Assembly: GCA_951406725.2 (NCBI GenBank)
Contig: OX597823.1
Coordinates: forward strand, 3,286,001-3,350,000
Direction of reading: 5' to 3'
DNA from: Octopus vulgaris
Taxonomy: Eukaryota
DNA: 64,000 nt
The notes beneath the pieces are model-generated. The model made no database searches, had not been told where the DNA came from, and saw only the letters and a program-made list of their open reading frames with translations. Both the position numbers and the translations under genes were made by a program. Position 1 is the first letter of the stretch. Each line of letters opens with the position of its first letter. Positions 56,487-64,000 of this stretch are shown in pieces.

Positions 56487-57054
56487 GATGCAGTACCAGG
56501 CAGTGGCTCTCCTGGCTTCTGATCTTAACTGATTGGAAGTGTTATCATGTACGTTGTTTTGTCTTGGTATAAAAGATGGGTTACAGCAAATATTCTGCTC
56601 AGTACCACAGATTTGCTTGTCAATTGTTTGACCTTAACCAGCTGAGCATGTCCCTTAGTGTCTGACGATATGTGCAGCATCTCTAATCATGAGCAGAAGT
56701 AGTGGGGGAACATCATAGCCATATGCTGAGAGGGATTCTTGGAGGTTTAGATAATTCACTTCTGGAAACATGGGTGGTGTGTTCAACATCCTTAAACAAC
56801 CCTTATTCAGGGACATTTTGTGTGGAATGGGCTACTCAACCTGAAGGAAATTCTAACTAGGCCCCACCTGCAAGGTCATGCGGTATTTATCTTGATATGA
56901 GATCACCATGTCATGCAGATATGGTCGTGATGCATGTGCCTGGTGTACCCTTATCAGACGGGTAGTCATGATGGGTATACTGGACTTTGTATATTTTACC
57001 CCAGTGTCACTTTGATGGCATCCACTGTTCTCTCACTCAATAATAGCAATAATG

Positions 57055-57089
<35 letters not shown>

Positions 57090-58106
57090 TTATGAAGATT
57101 GATTTAACTCTTCATGAATTTAAATATACAATAAGAAGAGCATGGCTTGATCTGTAATAAAAAAAGAGATCAACTCTATTTAGTGAACTGAACAATATTT
57201 GAACAGTTTGTGTTTATTTTCTGCATGATTCAAAATGAAGAATACAGAGATGCAGGAATTCAAAATTTCAGTTGAACCATCCTACATTCCTTCCTTGATG
57301 ATATTTCTTTCTTTTCTTTTTTTTTTTTTGTCTTAGAAGGAACAGAGGATGGTCTGGCTGAAAGTTTGAATTTCTGCATCTCTATTTATTCTTCATTTTG
57401 AACCTGAATAAAAAAACAGACACACTGTTGAAACATTGTTCAATTCAATAAATCTGTATTTTGTCCATGGTACCACCCTCTTCTGATTGTGTAATAATAA
57501 TGCTTTCTACTGAAGGCAGAAGGCTTGGAATTTGGTGAAAGGGGCTACTTGATTACATCAACCCTAGTGCTTGACTGGTTCTTACTCTATTGACCCTAAA
57601 GAGATGAAAGGCAAAGTTGACCTTGGGCAGAACAAAAGGGTAGGTGAAATGTTGCTTAGCATTTTGTCTGGTATGGAAACGATTCTGTCAGCTTGCCATT
57701 TTAATAAGAACAGTAATAATAGGGGATTTCTTCATAAAGGCTGATGATACTATTGAAGCAAGATCAGATATGGTTACAGAAGACAGAAAGAATATAATAA
57801 GATGACAGTCTTTGCAATTCCATAGGATAACAGAGTCGATGCCAAAGAAATAAAAAAGAAATATCAGGTTCTAGCCAGAGAGATAAAGAGATTGTGGAAG
57901 AGAAAAGCGAGAATTATTCCTGTAGTAATTGGTGTACTTGGCACGACAGCAGAGAGAGTTGCATTGTTGATCTGTGGGAAAGTGCTAACCTGGAGGCTGG
58001 CAGAATCTCAAGGAAGATTATTGTGGTTTGGAGGAGACTTGTCACCAAAACCTCAAGACAACATCCTGGCTAACAGAAGCAGCATTTAATTGCAGCAGCA
58101 GCAGCA

Positions 58107-58141
<35 letters not shown>

Positions 58142-58200
58142 AATAATAATAATAATAATGATTATAATAATAATGATCATAATAATGATAATAATGATAG

Positions 58201-58234
<34 letters not shown>

Positions 58235-61029
58235 AATAATATTAATAATAATAATAATAAATAGGTAAGTGAACAAATAATAATAATAATCAGAGGAAGG
58301 ATGTAGGCAGAGATTACTCACATCCTTTCCTTGTTTTGAGTTCAAGTCATGAGATTTATTCAAGCAAATATGTAGGACAGCCAATGAGAGCCAATCCCAG
58401 CACAAGATTAACCAGTGTATGACGACAATCTGGTTATTGACATCACTGAACAAAGAGACTATACATAATACCATTAGTTTTGGGTTTTGTGATGTCAATA
58501 GACATGAAAGATTGATTTGGTTCCCAAGGTTATGAGTTTAGTTTTTGCTGTTGTTTTAGGTTTTCAAAGATTTGCTCTAGAACTGGATTTAATGTCTTGT
58601 ATTTTTTTTTCTAATGTGATTTATTAAATAGACTTTTTTTTAAGTCTGTTGAGAAAAAACTTGATATTTATGAGGTTCAGAGCCGTGGCTAGCAGCTGGT
58701 TTGTATGTGTGGAGGATGCATACAAAACCTCACATAATGTATTGGCATCAGCGTATAACAACAGAACTACTACACAGCATGTCAACACAACCTCACAATA
58801 AACACTGCTTACGTTTATACATTGACATGAAACTGACGGAAGACATCCTGCAGAGTAATGGAGACGGGAGTTCAAGCTTTTGTTGGTCAGCTGAAGACTA
58901 AAGACAAGTTCAAAGAATGGACAAACGGACAAGCTTTCGTTCTCATCAACCAGATGGTGGTGTGCCTGGAAGAAACACTGTAGCTACCTTATTCATTAGT
59001 TATTAGGGAGAAGTGCAGCTAGGAGTACAGTTATTCTAAATGTACATTGACTGGAATGTTAGAACTTGTTGGTTGTTCCCTAAATTCTGTCTATCAGAAC
59101 TCAGTACCTTCAAAAATTCTCTAAATATCATATATATGCATATATAATCTATACTCTTTTACTCTTTTACTCTTTTACATGTTTCAGTCATTTGACTGCG
59201 GCCATGCTGGAGCACCGCCTTTAGTCGAGCAAATCGACCCCGGGACTTATTCTTTGTAAGCCCAGTACTTATTCTATCGGTCTCTTTTGCCGAACCGCTG
59301 TACAAACATCGTGGAGGTGCAATGGCCCAGTGGTCAGGGCAGCGGACTCGCAGTCGTAGGATTGCAGTTTTGATTCCCAGACCGGGCATTGTTAGTGTTT
59401 ATTGAGCAAAAACACCTAAAGCTCCACAAGGCTCCGGCAAGGGGTGGTGGCGAACCCTGCTGTACTCTTTCACCACAACTTTCTCTCACTCTTTCTTCCT
59501 GTTTCTGTTGTACTTGTATTTCAAAGGGCCAGCCTTGTTACACTCTGTGTTACACTGAATCTCCCCGAGAACTACGTCAAGGGTTCACGTGTCTGTGGAG
59601 TGCTCAGCCACTTGCACGTTAACTTCATGAACTGGCTGTTCCATTGATTGGATCGACTGGAACCTTCGTTGTTGTAACCGACAGAGTGCTACAATACAAA
59701 CATACATATAATAAGTATTCCCTATACACACACACACACACACATATGGACTACATTCATACAGTATGTTTACTAAAGACCTTATACATATCTGGATCCA
59801 GTCCTTGTAAAAAGCCCACATGTATGAAGAACCATGTATATTCACTAAATACTTTATATCTATTGAAACCAGTCTCTCTAAGCAGTTCTCTCATAGATTG
59901 AAGCTGGTTCCTCTAACGTTTTCATTACACATCTTATATATTAGTAAAGCCAGTCTCTATAAGATATTTCTTAAATATTTCGTATCTGAATCCAGCTCAA
60001 TGGGTTTCGTGTCTATCTTCCAGACATACAAACTCGGGTGTGTTTCTCAACAGATAAATATCATCAACATATTGACTTGAAAATATTCTATTTAATAATT
60101 CCCAATAGAAAAAAAAGAAAAAGGAAAAAGAAATGCAAGACATCTAGACATTACATCCTAGAGGAAGTTTTTCAAACTTAAAACAACAACAATCAAAGAA
60201 AAGACCCATTGACCCTGCAAACTAATTTAACCCCCTACGGTCTCTTCCGTCAATGATATCAAAGAGCAGATTGTCGTCATACGCTGGTTAATCTTGTGCT
60301 GGGATTGGCTCTCATTGGCCGTCCTACATATTTGCTTGAATAAATCTCATGATTTGAACTAAAAAGAAGGAAAAGATGTGTGTAATGTGTATCTACATCC
60401 TTCCTCTGGTCACATTCGTGCATTGTGGTACAGGCTTGGTACACTGTGTGGTTGTTTTGCTGTGTTGGTGTGGGTTGTAGTAGATTGGATGCATTACAAA
60501 GTGGTGTTTGTGGCATGTGTTGCACAGTAGCGTTAGTGTGTTTGAGTGGTATTGCACATGTAATGGTATATTGCACAAGCCTGTAAGTATAAAACCCTTT
60601 AGCTTTTAAACCAGCTATATCAGGGCCCAAAGATTCTACTGGTCTGATGTTCGCACTGGCCAAATCCAGCCCTTCACACTTATCATGCAATGTTGTTCTA
60701 AAATAAACAATCACATCATTGAAGTCTTGAAGCAATGAAACAAACATTAAACAGAATCATCCAAATGCCGAGGGGAACATTCACAAAACAACATCTCTTT
60801 GTTACCTTTTCAATATTGGTGTCCATATTGCAAACTGTTTCATTGTTTTCAAATATACAGAATGGAATGTCCAAAGTGATGTCCTGCTTTCTCATCAGTT
60901 TCAACTGGACATTGTGTCCATGCGCCTGGAACTGTACTGCTAGCTGGCTGGGTAGTTCACTGGTCATGCCATTATCTGATGTATCCAACTCACTGGATAT
61001 TTGTTGAACATCGACAAACTCGATGTGAT
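12185..61029 (-). CDS. ADAMTS-like M12B (reprolysin) zinc metalloprotease, 17 coding exons, 5'-incomplete
   Basis: Exons joined by hand have GT/AG borders and matching phases, giving 1946 nt with no internal stop. Motifs: YGVELLVIV, YDHAMMFT, GTTYASGIC, HELAHNLGVVDHDG, Met-turn HIMSP, FSDCS, LPGEVHNVHDQC, GTPCG and three CCxSC repeats. Confidence 0.92.
14483..14651 (-). CDS. protease exon P, PLAC-like repeat 3 (CKD...C...C...CCASC)
   Basis: Acceptor tttctgtcag, donor GTAAGT, 169 nt, phase 1-2. Also seen in ORF 14479..14673. Confidence 0.88.
14685..14955. mobile_element. small inverted-repeat element with a hammerhead-like core in each arm
   Basis: Arms tatatttcagtgataaaagacccatcgttagaag and cttctgacgatgggtcttttgtgcctgaaatata, with further similarity outward. 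Confidence 0.6.
15858..15995 (-). CDS. protease exon O, PLAC-like repeat 2 (CKD...C...C...CCRSC)
   Basis: Acceptor tctctgtttag, donor GTAAAC, 138 nt, phase 1-1, six Cys. Confidence 0.88.
16733..16843 (-). CDS. protease exon N, PLAC-like repeat 1 (CPYPD...C...C...CCTSC)
   Basis: Acceptor attaattgtag, donor GTAAG, 111 nt, phase 1-1, six Cys. Confidence 0.88.
17634..18040 (+). mobile_element. tRNA-derived SINE with CORE-like block (family B), representative copy
   Basis: tggctgtgtggtaag...gggttcagtccc head and ttgggcaagt block. Other copies at about 3705-4050, 18390-18725, 28715-29098(-), 34180-34590(-), 37885-38260, 48364-48810, 49447-49800 and 62185-62570(-). Confidence 0.85.
18173..18224 (-). 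CDS. protease exon M (GCYFGNCLVNISQQLVA)
   Basis: Acceptor atttcag, donor GTGAGT, 52 nt, phase 0-1. CxxGxC end of the disintegrin-like domain. Confidence 0.88.
19047..21619 (-). repeat. left arm of the 2.57-kb inverted repeat (PLE 3' end/pseudo-LTR)
   Basis: Reverse complement of 23281-25854. The identical 78-aa ORF at 20820..21056(-) and 23846..24082(+) confirms it. Confidence 0.97.
19252..19371 (-). ncRNA. hammerhead ribozyme, identical copy in the left arm
   Basis: Reverse complement of the 25530-25649 motif. Sense to both the PLE ORF and the host gene. Confidence 0.8.
21480..23280 (-). pseudogene. PLE polyprotein fragment: RT C-terminal half, thumb, linker and GIY-YIG endonuclease
   Basis: DSAEVTDLVGMYLL, GLYRDD, NYLDV, SNHP, CNCRNKNKCVFGNQC, VVYQC...VYIGAT, KQRWNYH, TGLSAYIWELK. 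Split across ORFs 22941..23327, 22756..22941 and 21473..22672 by 1-nt homopolymer indels. Confidence 0.92.
23281..25854 (+). repeat. right arm of the 2.57-kb inverted repeat
   Basis: Starts exactly at the RT truncation point, inside the endonuclease C-terminus (GKNKKCSLCINE). Confidence 0.97.
25530..25649 (+). ncRNA. type I hammerhead ribozyme (PLE-associated, long stem II)
   Basis: CUGAAGA 25538-25544, stem II 25545-25629 closed by GGC/GCC, GAAA 25630-25633, palindromic stem III ACAGCUGU, GUC triplet with cleavage after 25641. Stem I is weak. Confidence 0.8.
27549..27668 (-). CDS. protease exon L (PPAYPSQICYKMMCYVP...C...AAIGTPCGYQK)
   Basis: Acceptor ctttcttgcag, donor GTAGGT, 120 nt, phase 0-0. 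AAxGTxCG motif. Confidence 0.93.
29100..29480 (-). mobile_element. decayed RTE-like LINE fragment
   Basis: Frameshifted GHLV.M...LYGEL...KPNLQFED pattern typical of RTE C-termini. Confidence 0.55.
29732..29870 (-). CDS. protease exon K (GMNCLNN...LPGEVHNVHDQCRQIYGPDSFMC)
   Basis: Acceptor tcttctgcag, donor GTAAGT, 139 nt, phase 2-0. Start of ADAMTS disintegrin-like domain (LPG...QC...G). Confidence 0.93.
30395..30571 (-). CDS. protease exon J (LGVVDHDG...CPPERHHIMSP...FSDCSVEQL...)
   Basis: Acceptor ctttttcag, donor GTATGT, 177 nt, phase 2-2. Met-turn and FSxCS motifs. Confidence 0.95.
30767..30872 (-). CDS. protease exon I (TTYASGICTTKHVSLVVDHGAYTSGGTAAHELAH)
   Basis: Acceptor ctgtttccag, donor GTAAGT, 106 nt, phase 1-2. 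HExxH zinc motif. Confidence 0.95.
32747..32781 (-). CDS. protease exon H (35-nt exon, DYDAFHPRKRILG)
   Basis: Acceptor tcttcatcttccag, donor GTAAGT. Phase 2-1 exactly bridges exons G and I. Confidence 0.85.
33309..33435. repeat. (CT)n microsatellite
   Basis: Directly visible. Many other (CA)n, (TA)n, (AAT)n and (GAT)n arrays occur throughout. Confidence 0.95.
34654..34805 (-). CDS. protease exon G (NASSTPF...ALDGLKQFL...YPSYDHAMMFT)
   Basis: Acceptor gtttctaaaccag, donor GTAAGT, 152 nt, phase 0-2. DHAMxFT reprolysin motif. Confidence 0.93.
35593..35670 (-). CDS. protease exon F (IDFRYANIGLRDFEVYVRLSGYLLIK)
   Basis: Acceptor tttctttcag, donor GTAAGT, 78 nt, phase 0-0. Confidence 0.9.
36933..37123. 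mobile_element. piggyBac-like MITE (an element with similar ends at about 33800-34025)
   Basis: Ends TTAACCCTTTTC...GAAAAGGGTTGA, matching the TTAA-CCC signature. Confidence 0.5.
37608..37875. repeat. two-copy tandem duplication (~135 bp)
   Basis: aaatttctaatgtg...aagaaatt.ctaattagttac.agaggattaatta...aatttttaaatggt occurs twice. Confidence 0.75.
38559..38721. mobile_element. MITE with about 32-bp TIRs
   Basis: ttctgttgtgtctggggagagtcattctctttt and aaaagagaatgtctctccccggacacaacagaa. Confidence 0.7.
40684..40762 (-). CDS. protease exon E (FLQQSNNNFTESVKRIRYYFSHIVNS)
   Basis: Acceptor ttttttacag, donor GTAAGT, 79 nt, phase 2-0. Confidence 0.9.
42143..42236 (-). CDS. protease exon D (GKVLKS...DRYGVELLVIVGHSIYEK), start of catalytic domain
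   Basis: Acceptor ttcttatttcag, donor GTAAGT, 94 nt, phase 1-2. Confidence 0.9.
44200..45070 (+). mobile_element. 5'-truncated RTE-clade LINE with tandem-repeat 3'UTR and (GAT)n tail
   Basis: RRLQWYGHVLQM...GRGRPRKTW C-terminus. The same 3'UTR recurs at about 1270-1480, 15005-15265, 36130-36380, 36480-36750, 39835-40370, 42515-43160, 47130-47525 and 52495-52710. Confidence 0.85.
45420..45543 (-). CDS. protease exon C (NGEFIIGDELFEIES...HYVKRRSILRAVN)
   Basis: Acceptor attttcag, donor GTAAGT, 124 nt, phase 0-1. GxFxxGxxxFxIE propeptide pattern and a basic KRR site. Confidence 0.88.
47935..48220 (+). mobile_element. CR1-clade LINE 3' end
   Basis: Degenerate translation RGHSEKL...FSVQVADPWNKLPDEIV...FKVSLD, followed by a short taac-type tail. 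Confidence 0.75.
48991..49083 (-). CDS. protease exon B (AYDIYQDPEKMAAVTVEL...LKL)
   Basis: Acceptor aactttcag, donor GTGAGT, 93 nt, phase 0-0. Confidence 0.85.
51880..52405. repeat. unclassified ~530-bp interspersed repeat flanked by (AAT)n
   Basis: Highly similar copies at 56512-57040 and 26620-27060, all in the same orientation. Confidence 0.8.
55300..55815 (+). mobile_element. 3' fragment of an RLE-type (R4/Dong-like) non-LTR retrotransposon
   Basis: ILWDMPIHTD...NRPDIVV...LIDVSIP...EKLSKYKDL...PIIVGALG, a restriction-like PD-(D/E)xK endonuclease, followed by a 3'UTR. Confidence 0.85.
58291..60408. mobile_element. putative long-TIR non-autonomous DNA transposon with nested SINEs
   Basis: 58291-58450 is the reverse complement of 60250-60408, with weaker similarity extending to about 300 bp. 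CAG...CTG ends, no TSD seen. Confidence 0.6.
59312..59693 (+). mobile_element. tRNA-derived SINE (family C)
   Basis: Head ggaggtgcaatggcccagtggtcagggc...gtttgattccc. A related head lies at about 3300-3435(-) and a related 3' body at about 43420-43620(-). Confidence 0.7.
60806..61029 (-). CDS. protease exon A (prodomain: DHIEFVDVQQ...LPSQLAVQFQAHGHNVQLKLMRK...NIEK)
   Basis: Acceptor cttttcccacag, donor GTAAC, 224 nt, phase 1-0. LxVxFxAHGxxVxLxL resembles a reprolysin propeptide. Confidence 0.85.
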
Positions 61030-61047
61030 CTGTGGGAAAAGCAATGG

Positions 61048-61209
<162 letters not shown>

Positions 61210-61212
61210 CTT

Positions 61213-61450
61213 GAAAGGTGATCAGGAAATTGGTTGATTTCTTGAAGTTAGTGTTGCAGATTAGCATCACAGAATTCCAAAAGCTCTGTTCCCTCTCCTG
61301 GTTCCTTGATCAGAATGTTGCTCAACATATTCGCTGAAGTCACCAGACATGATAATAAGATCATTATCATGTGTTGTCTGCACAAAAGCCTTGTAGAACT
61401 GGTCCTTCAGTTCATCTGCCAATTCAGATTGTGGAGCAGATACAAAGAAT
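61213..61450 (-). mobile_element. decayed LINE AP-endonuclease fragment (RTE-like)
   Basis: Frameshifted GDF...LLEFCDAN..ICNTNFKK...LITF motifs. Confidence 0.55.
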
Positions 61451-62874
61451 TGGTCAAGTTACATTACCCTAAACTAGTCTAAGCTTCCTTATTCTATCAC
61501 ACACTAACTACCCTGATCATTTATTCTACCCACTTCTCTGCCTGCTCCATTTAAAACATCACAAAGAATTTACATCTTTGTTCCTTGTCCATGAAGAAGC
61601 TGTTCTAAGGCTGTGAACTTGTGAAGAAGAGTAAGTGGGTGGCTGGTGGACTTTTCAGCCCCTGAAATGAAGGCTGATGAAAACATTGACCAACCTACCC
61701 AGATATTGAAATATTTCCACTCAATGATTTACCCTCATCTTTGATCTCAAAACCATTAAGGTCAAGTACTTGTAAGATGAGTGAAGGGAAGGGTACAAGT
61801 AGGCACCAAGAAGCCCTTTAAAGGACTTGGCAGGGGTTACTGGAGAAAGAGAAAGAGAGAGAGAGAGAGAAAAGAAGAAAGAAAGAAAAGAAAAGCATAT
61901 AGTAAGAAATATGCACATCCTGGGAGTAAATCATACATGTGTCTTTAAGGGGGTGGAGAAAGGGTTGGCAGGAGAAAACATTGCCTAGGGTCTTTCAGTT
62001 GACCTAGAAATTTTATAATTGTGTTTGACATCTACTTAAAAATAATTCCATTATTGTTAGCTTGAAATTAATTATTTGTTCTTTGCTGAAAGTAAAAACT
62101 ACAGTATCTCTTGAAAATCTGAAAAACATTTAATTCAGTGCTTGACACCCCCACCCACCCCCGGCCCACAGTGGAGCTGCCTTTTATTGGTTTTAGTCAT
62201 TGGACTGTGGCCATGCTGGGGCACCATCTTGAAGAATTTTTGAGTCAAATGGATTGATCCCTGTATGTTTTTTTTTAAAGCTTAGTACTTATTCCATCAG
62301 TCTTTTTTGCTGAACTGCTAAGTTATGGGAATATAAACACACCAACACCAGTTGCCAAGCATTGGTGGGGAACAAATACTGACACGAAGACACACACACA
62401 TACACATATATATACATATGATGGGCTTCTTTCAGTTTCCATCTACCAGATCCACCCACAAGGCTTTGGTCTGCTTGAGGTTGTAGTAGAATACATTTAC
62501 CCCAGATGCCATGCCGTGGGACTGAACCTGGAACTGTGTGGTTGGGAAGCAAGCTTCTTACCATGCAGTCACATCTGTGAAATTTTAAAGATTATCCCCC
62601 CCCCCCCCACATAATAACTGTTGTAATGAATGGAATAAACAGAAGCCAATGTCATCAAGTTAATTTGGTCGAATGAAACTAACTTTGGTGATTACTGGTA
62701 ACTTTTCTGTGTGGAAGCCCAATATGGTAGGACTTCCACATAGACACACTTCCAGTGGTTACCAGCAGAATGGTTAACACATCAGGCAAAATGCTTAGTG
62801 GCATTTCATCTGTTTTTATGTTCTTCTACTCTGATCAACTTTGCCTTTCATTCTCTTTGGCTTCATAAAATAAA

Positions 62875-63559
62875 GGCATACTGACCCCCACCAACTTTGT
62901 TTCCTGATTAACTTACAGAAAAATCAATATTGTTTTAATAAAATTTTCTACAAATACATTTCTGATTCTGCAGATTACAATTATATCAGAATTTTCATGT
63001 GAAGAAATGTTTCCAAAGGTGGAGTGAGGAGTTTCAGAAAATTCACATGAGTTAACTTTGTCTCCTCATAACTTTCAGAAAAAATGGTTATTTATTTTAT
63101 GAAATTTTCTACAAATACCTTTCAGAGTGTAAATTATGACTATTTTAGAATTTAATACGAGAAAGAAAACTGGTGGATTCGTACTCATGCATACTGACAC
63201 ACATCACAATATTTATTCAAAATTTCAAGTTTCATTTTGTAGATGTGTGAGCCAATATTTTTTTTTATATCAAATTTCAATATAATCATAATCTTCATGC
63301 TCTGAAAGGTATTTGTAGAAAATTTCATTAAAAAATTCTCATTTTTTTTAATGCTATGAGGAAACAAAATTGGCTTGTGAATTTTTCAAAACTCTTCACC
63401 TCATCCTCAGAAAACATTTTTCACCAAAAATTCCATTGATTAGAATCTGAACCATCCAAAGTGCATTTGTAGAAAACTTTGTTAAAAAGACTATCTATTT
63501 GTCTGCAAGTTATGAGGAAGTAAATTTGGTGATAAGGGACACGCTTGTGTAGTTATGCC
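62875..63559. mobile_element. foldback DNA transposon nested in a SINE
   Basis: GGCATA...TATGCC termini, long imperfect arms with duplicated subunits, near-TSD aaaataaa/aaaataag. Confidence 0.7.
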
Positions 63560-64000
63560 AAAATAAGTACCAGTTGAGTACTGGGGTTGCTGTAATTACC
63601 TCCTCCCCCAAATTTGCTGGCTTTGTGACAAAATTTGAAACCATTTTTAAATTGTTTTTGTCATAAGTCAACATAAAAACAAACATTTAGTCGTGGGTCC
63701 AAGTTGGGCAAGCAGCCCTCAACATTTTCCATCCAAAATGTTTTTTAACCCAATATTTACACATTTATAGATTTGTTTGCTTCAAGATAAACCATTCAAA
63801 AACCAATAAAGATCAAAAATTTATATACTCTATGTGTATGTTTGACTATATTTGTGCTTTTCAACAAAAACATATAGACAGTGATGTTGCAGTTATTACT
63901 GTCATTGGGTAGAGAGATGTATCTGAGGGGAAAAACATAATTTCAATAATATGCTCATCTAACTCATGCAAGCATGGAAAAATGGATGTAAACATTTAAG

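Noticed and set aside
53832-58498. Poly-Ile, poly-Asn, HT- and SL-repeat ORFs in the track
   Set aside because: These are translations of microsatellites.
61300-61370. MIMILLSCLVTSA as the missing signal-peptide exon
   Set aside because: It is an alternative frame of a decayed LINE endonuclease fragment, with no suitable phase-1 donor identified.

Overview
AT-rich, microsatellite- and SINE-dense animal DNA. The repeat families and gene type suggest a cephalopod (octopus); this is inference. Most of the window (12185-61029, minus strand) is one multi-exon gene that I reconstructed by hand: 17 GT-AG exons with fully consistent phases, 1946 nt, about 648 aa. Its first (signal-peptide) exon was not found and probably lies beyond the right end. 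It encodes an M12B/reprolysin ADAMTS-like zinc metalloprotease: prodomain, catalytic domain with an atypical HELAHNLGVVDHD zinc motif, disintegrin-like domain and three PLAC-like Cys repeats, with no TSP1 repeat. One intron holds a very young ~7 kb Penelope-like retroelement inserted in (TA)n. It has a 5'-truncated RT, a C-terminal GIY-YIG endonuclease and two ~2.57 kb inverted arms, and each arm carries an outward-facing hammerhead ribozyme with an 85-nt stem II. Several small decayed elements repeat this inverted-arm plus hammerhead layout, including one headed by a tRNA-derived Pol III promoter. The rest is tRNA-SINEs, RTE, CR1 and RLE-type LINE fragments, MITEs and simple repeats. Almost all ORFs in the supplied track are spurious. 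All alignments and folds were done by eye.
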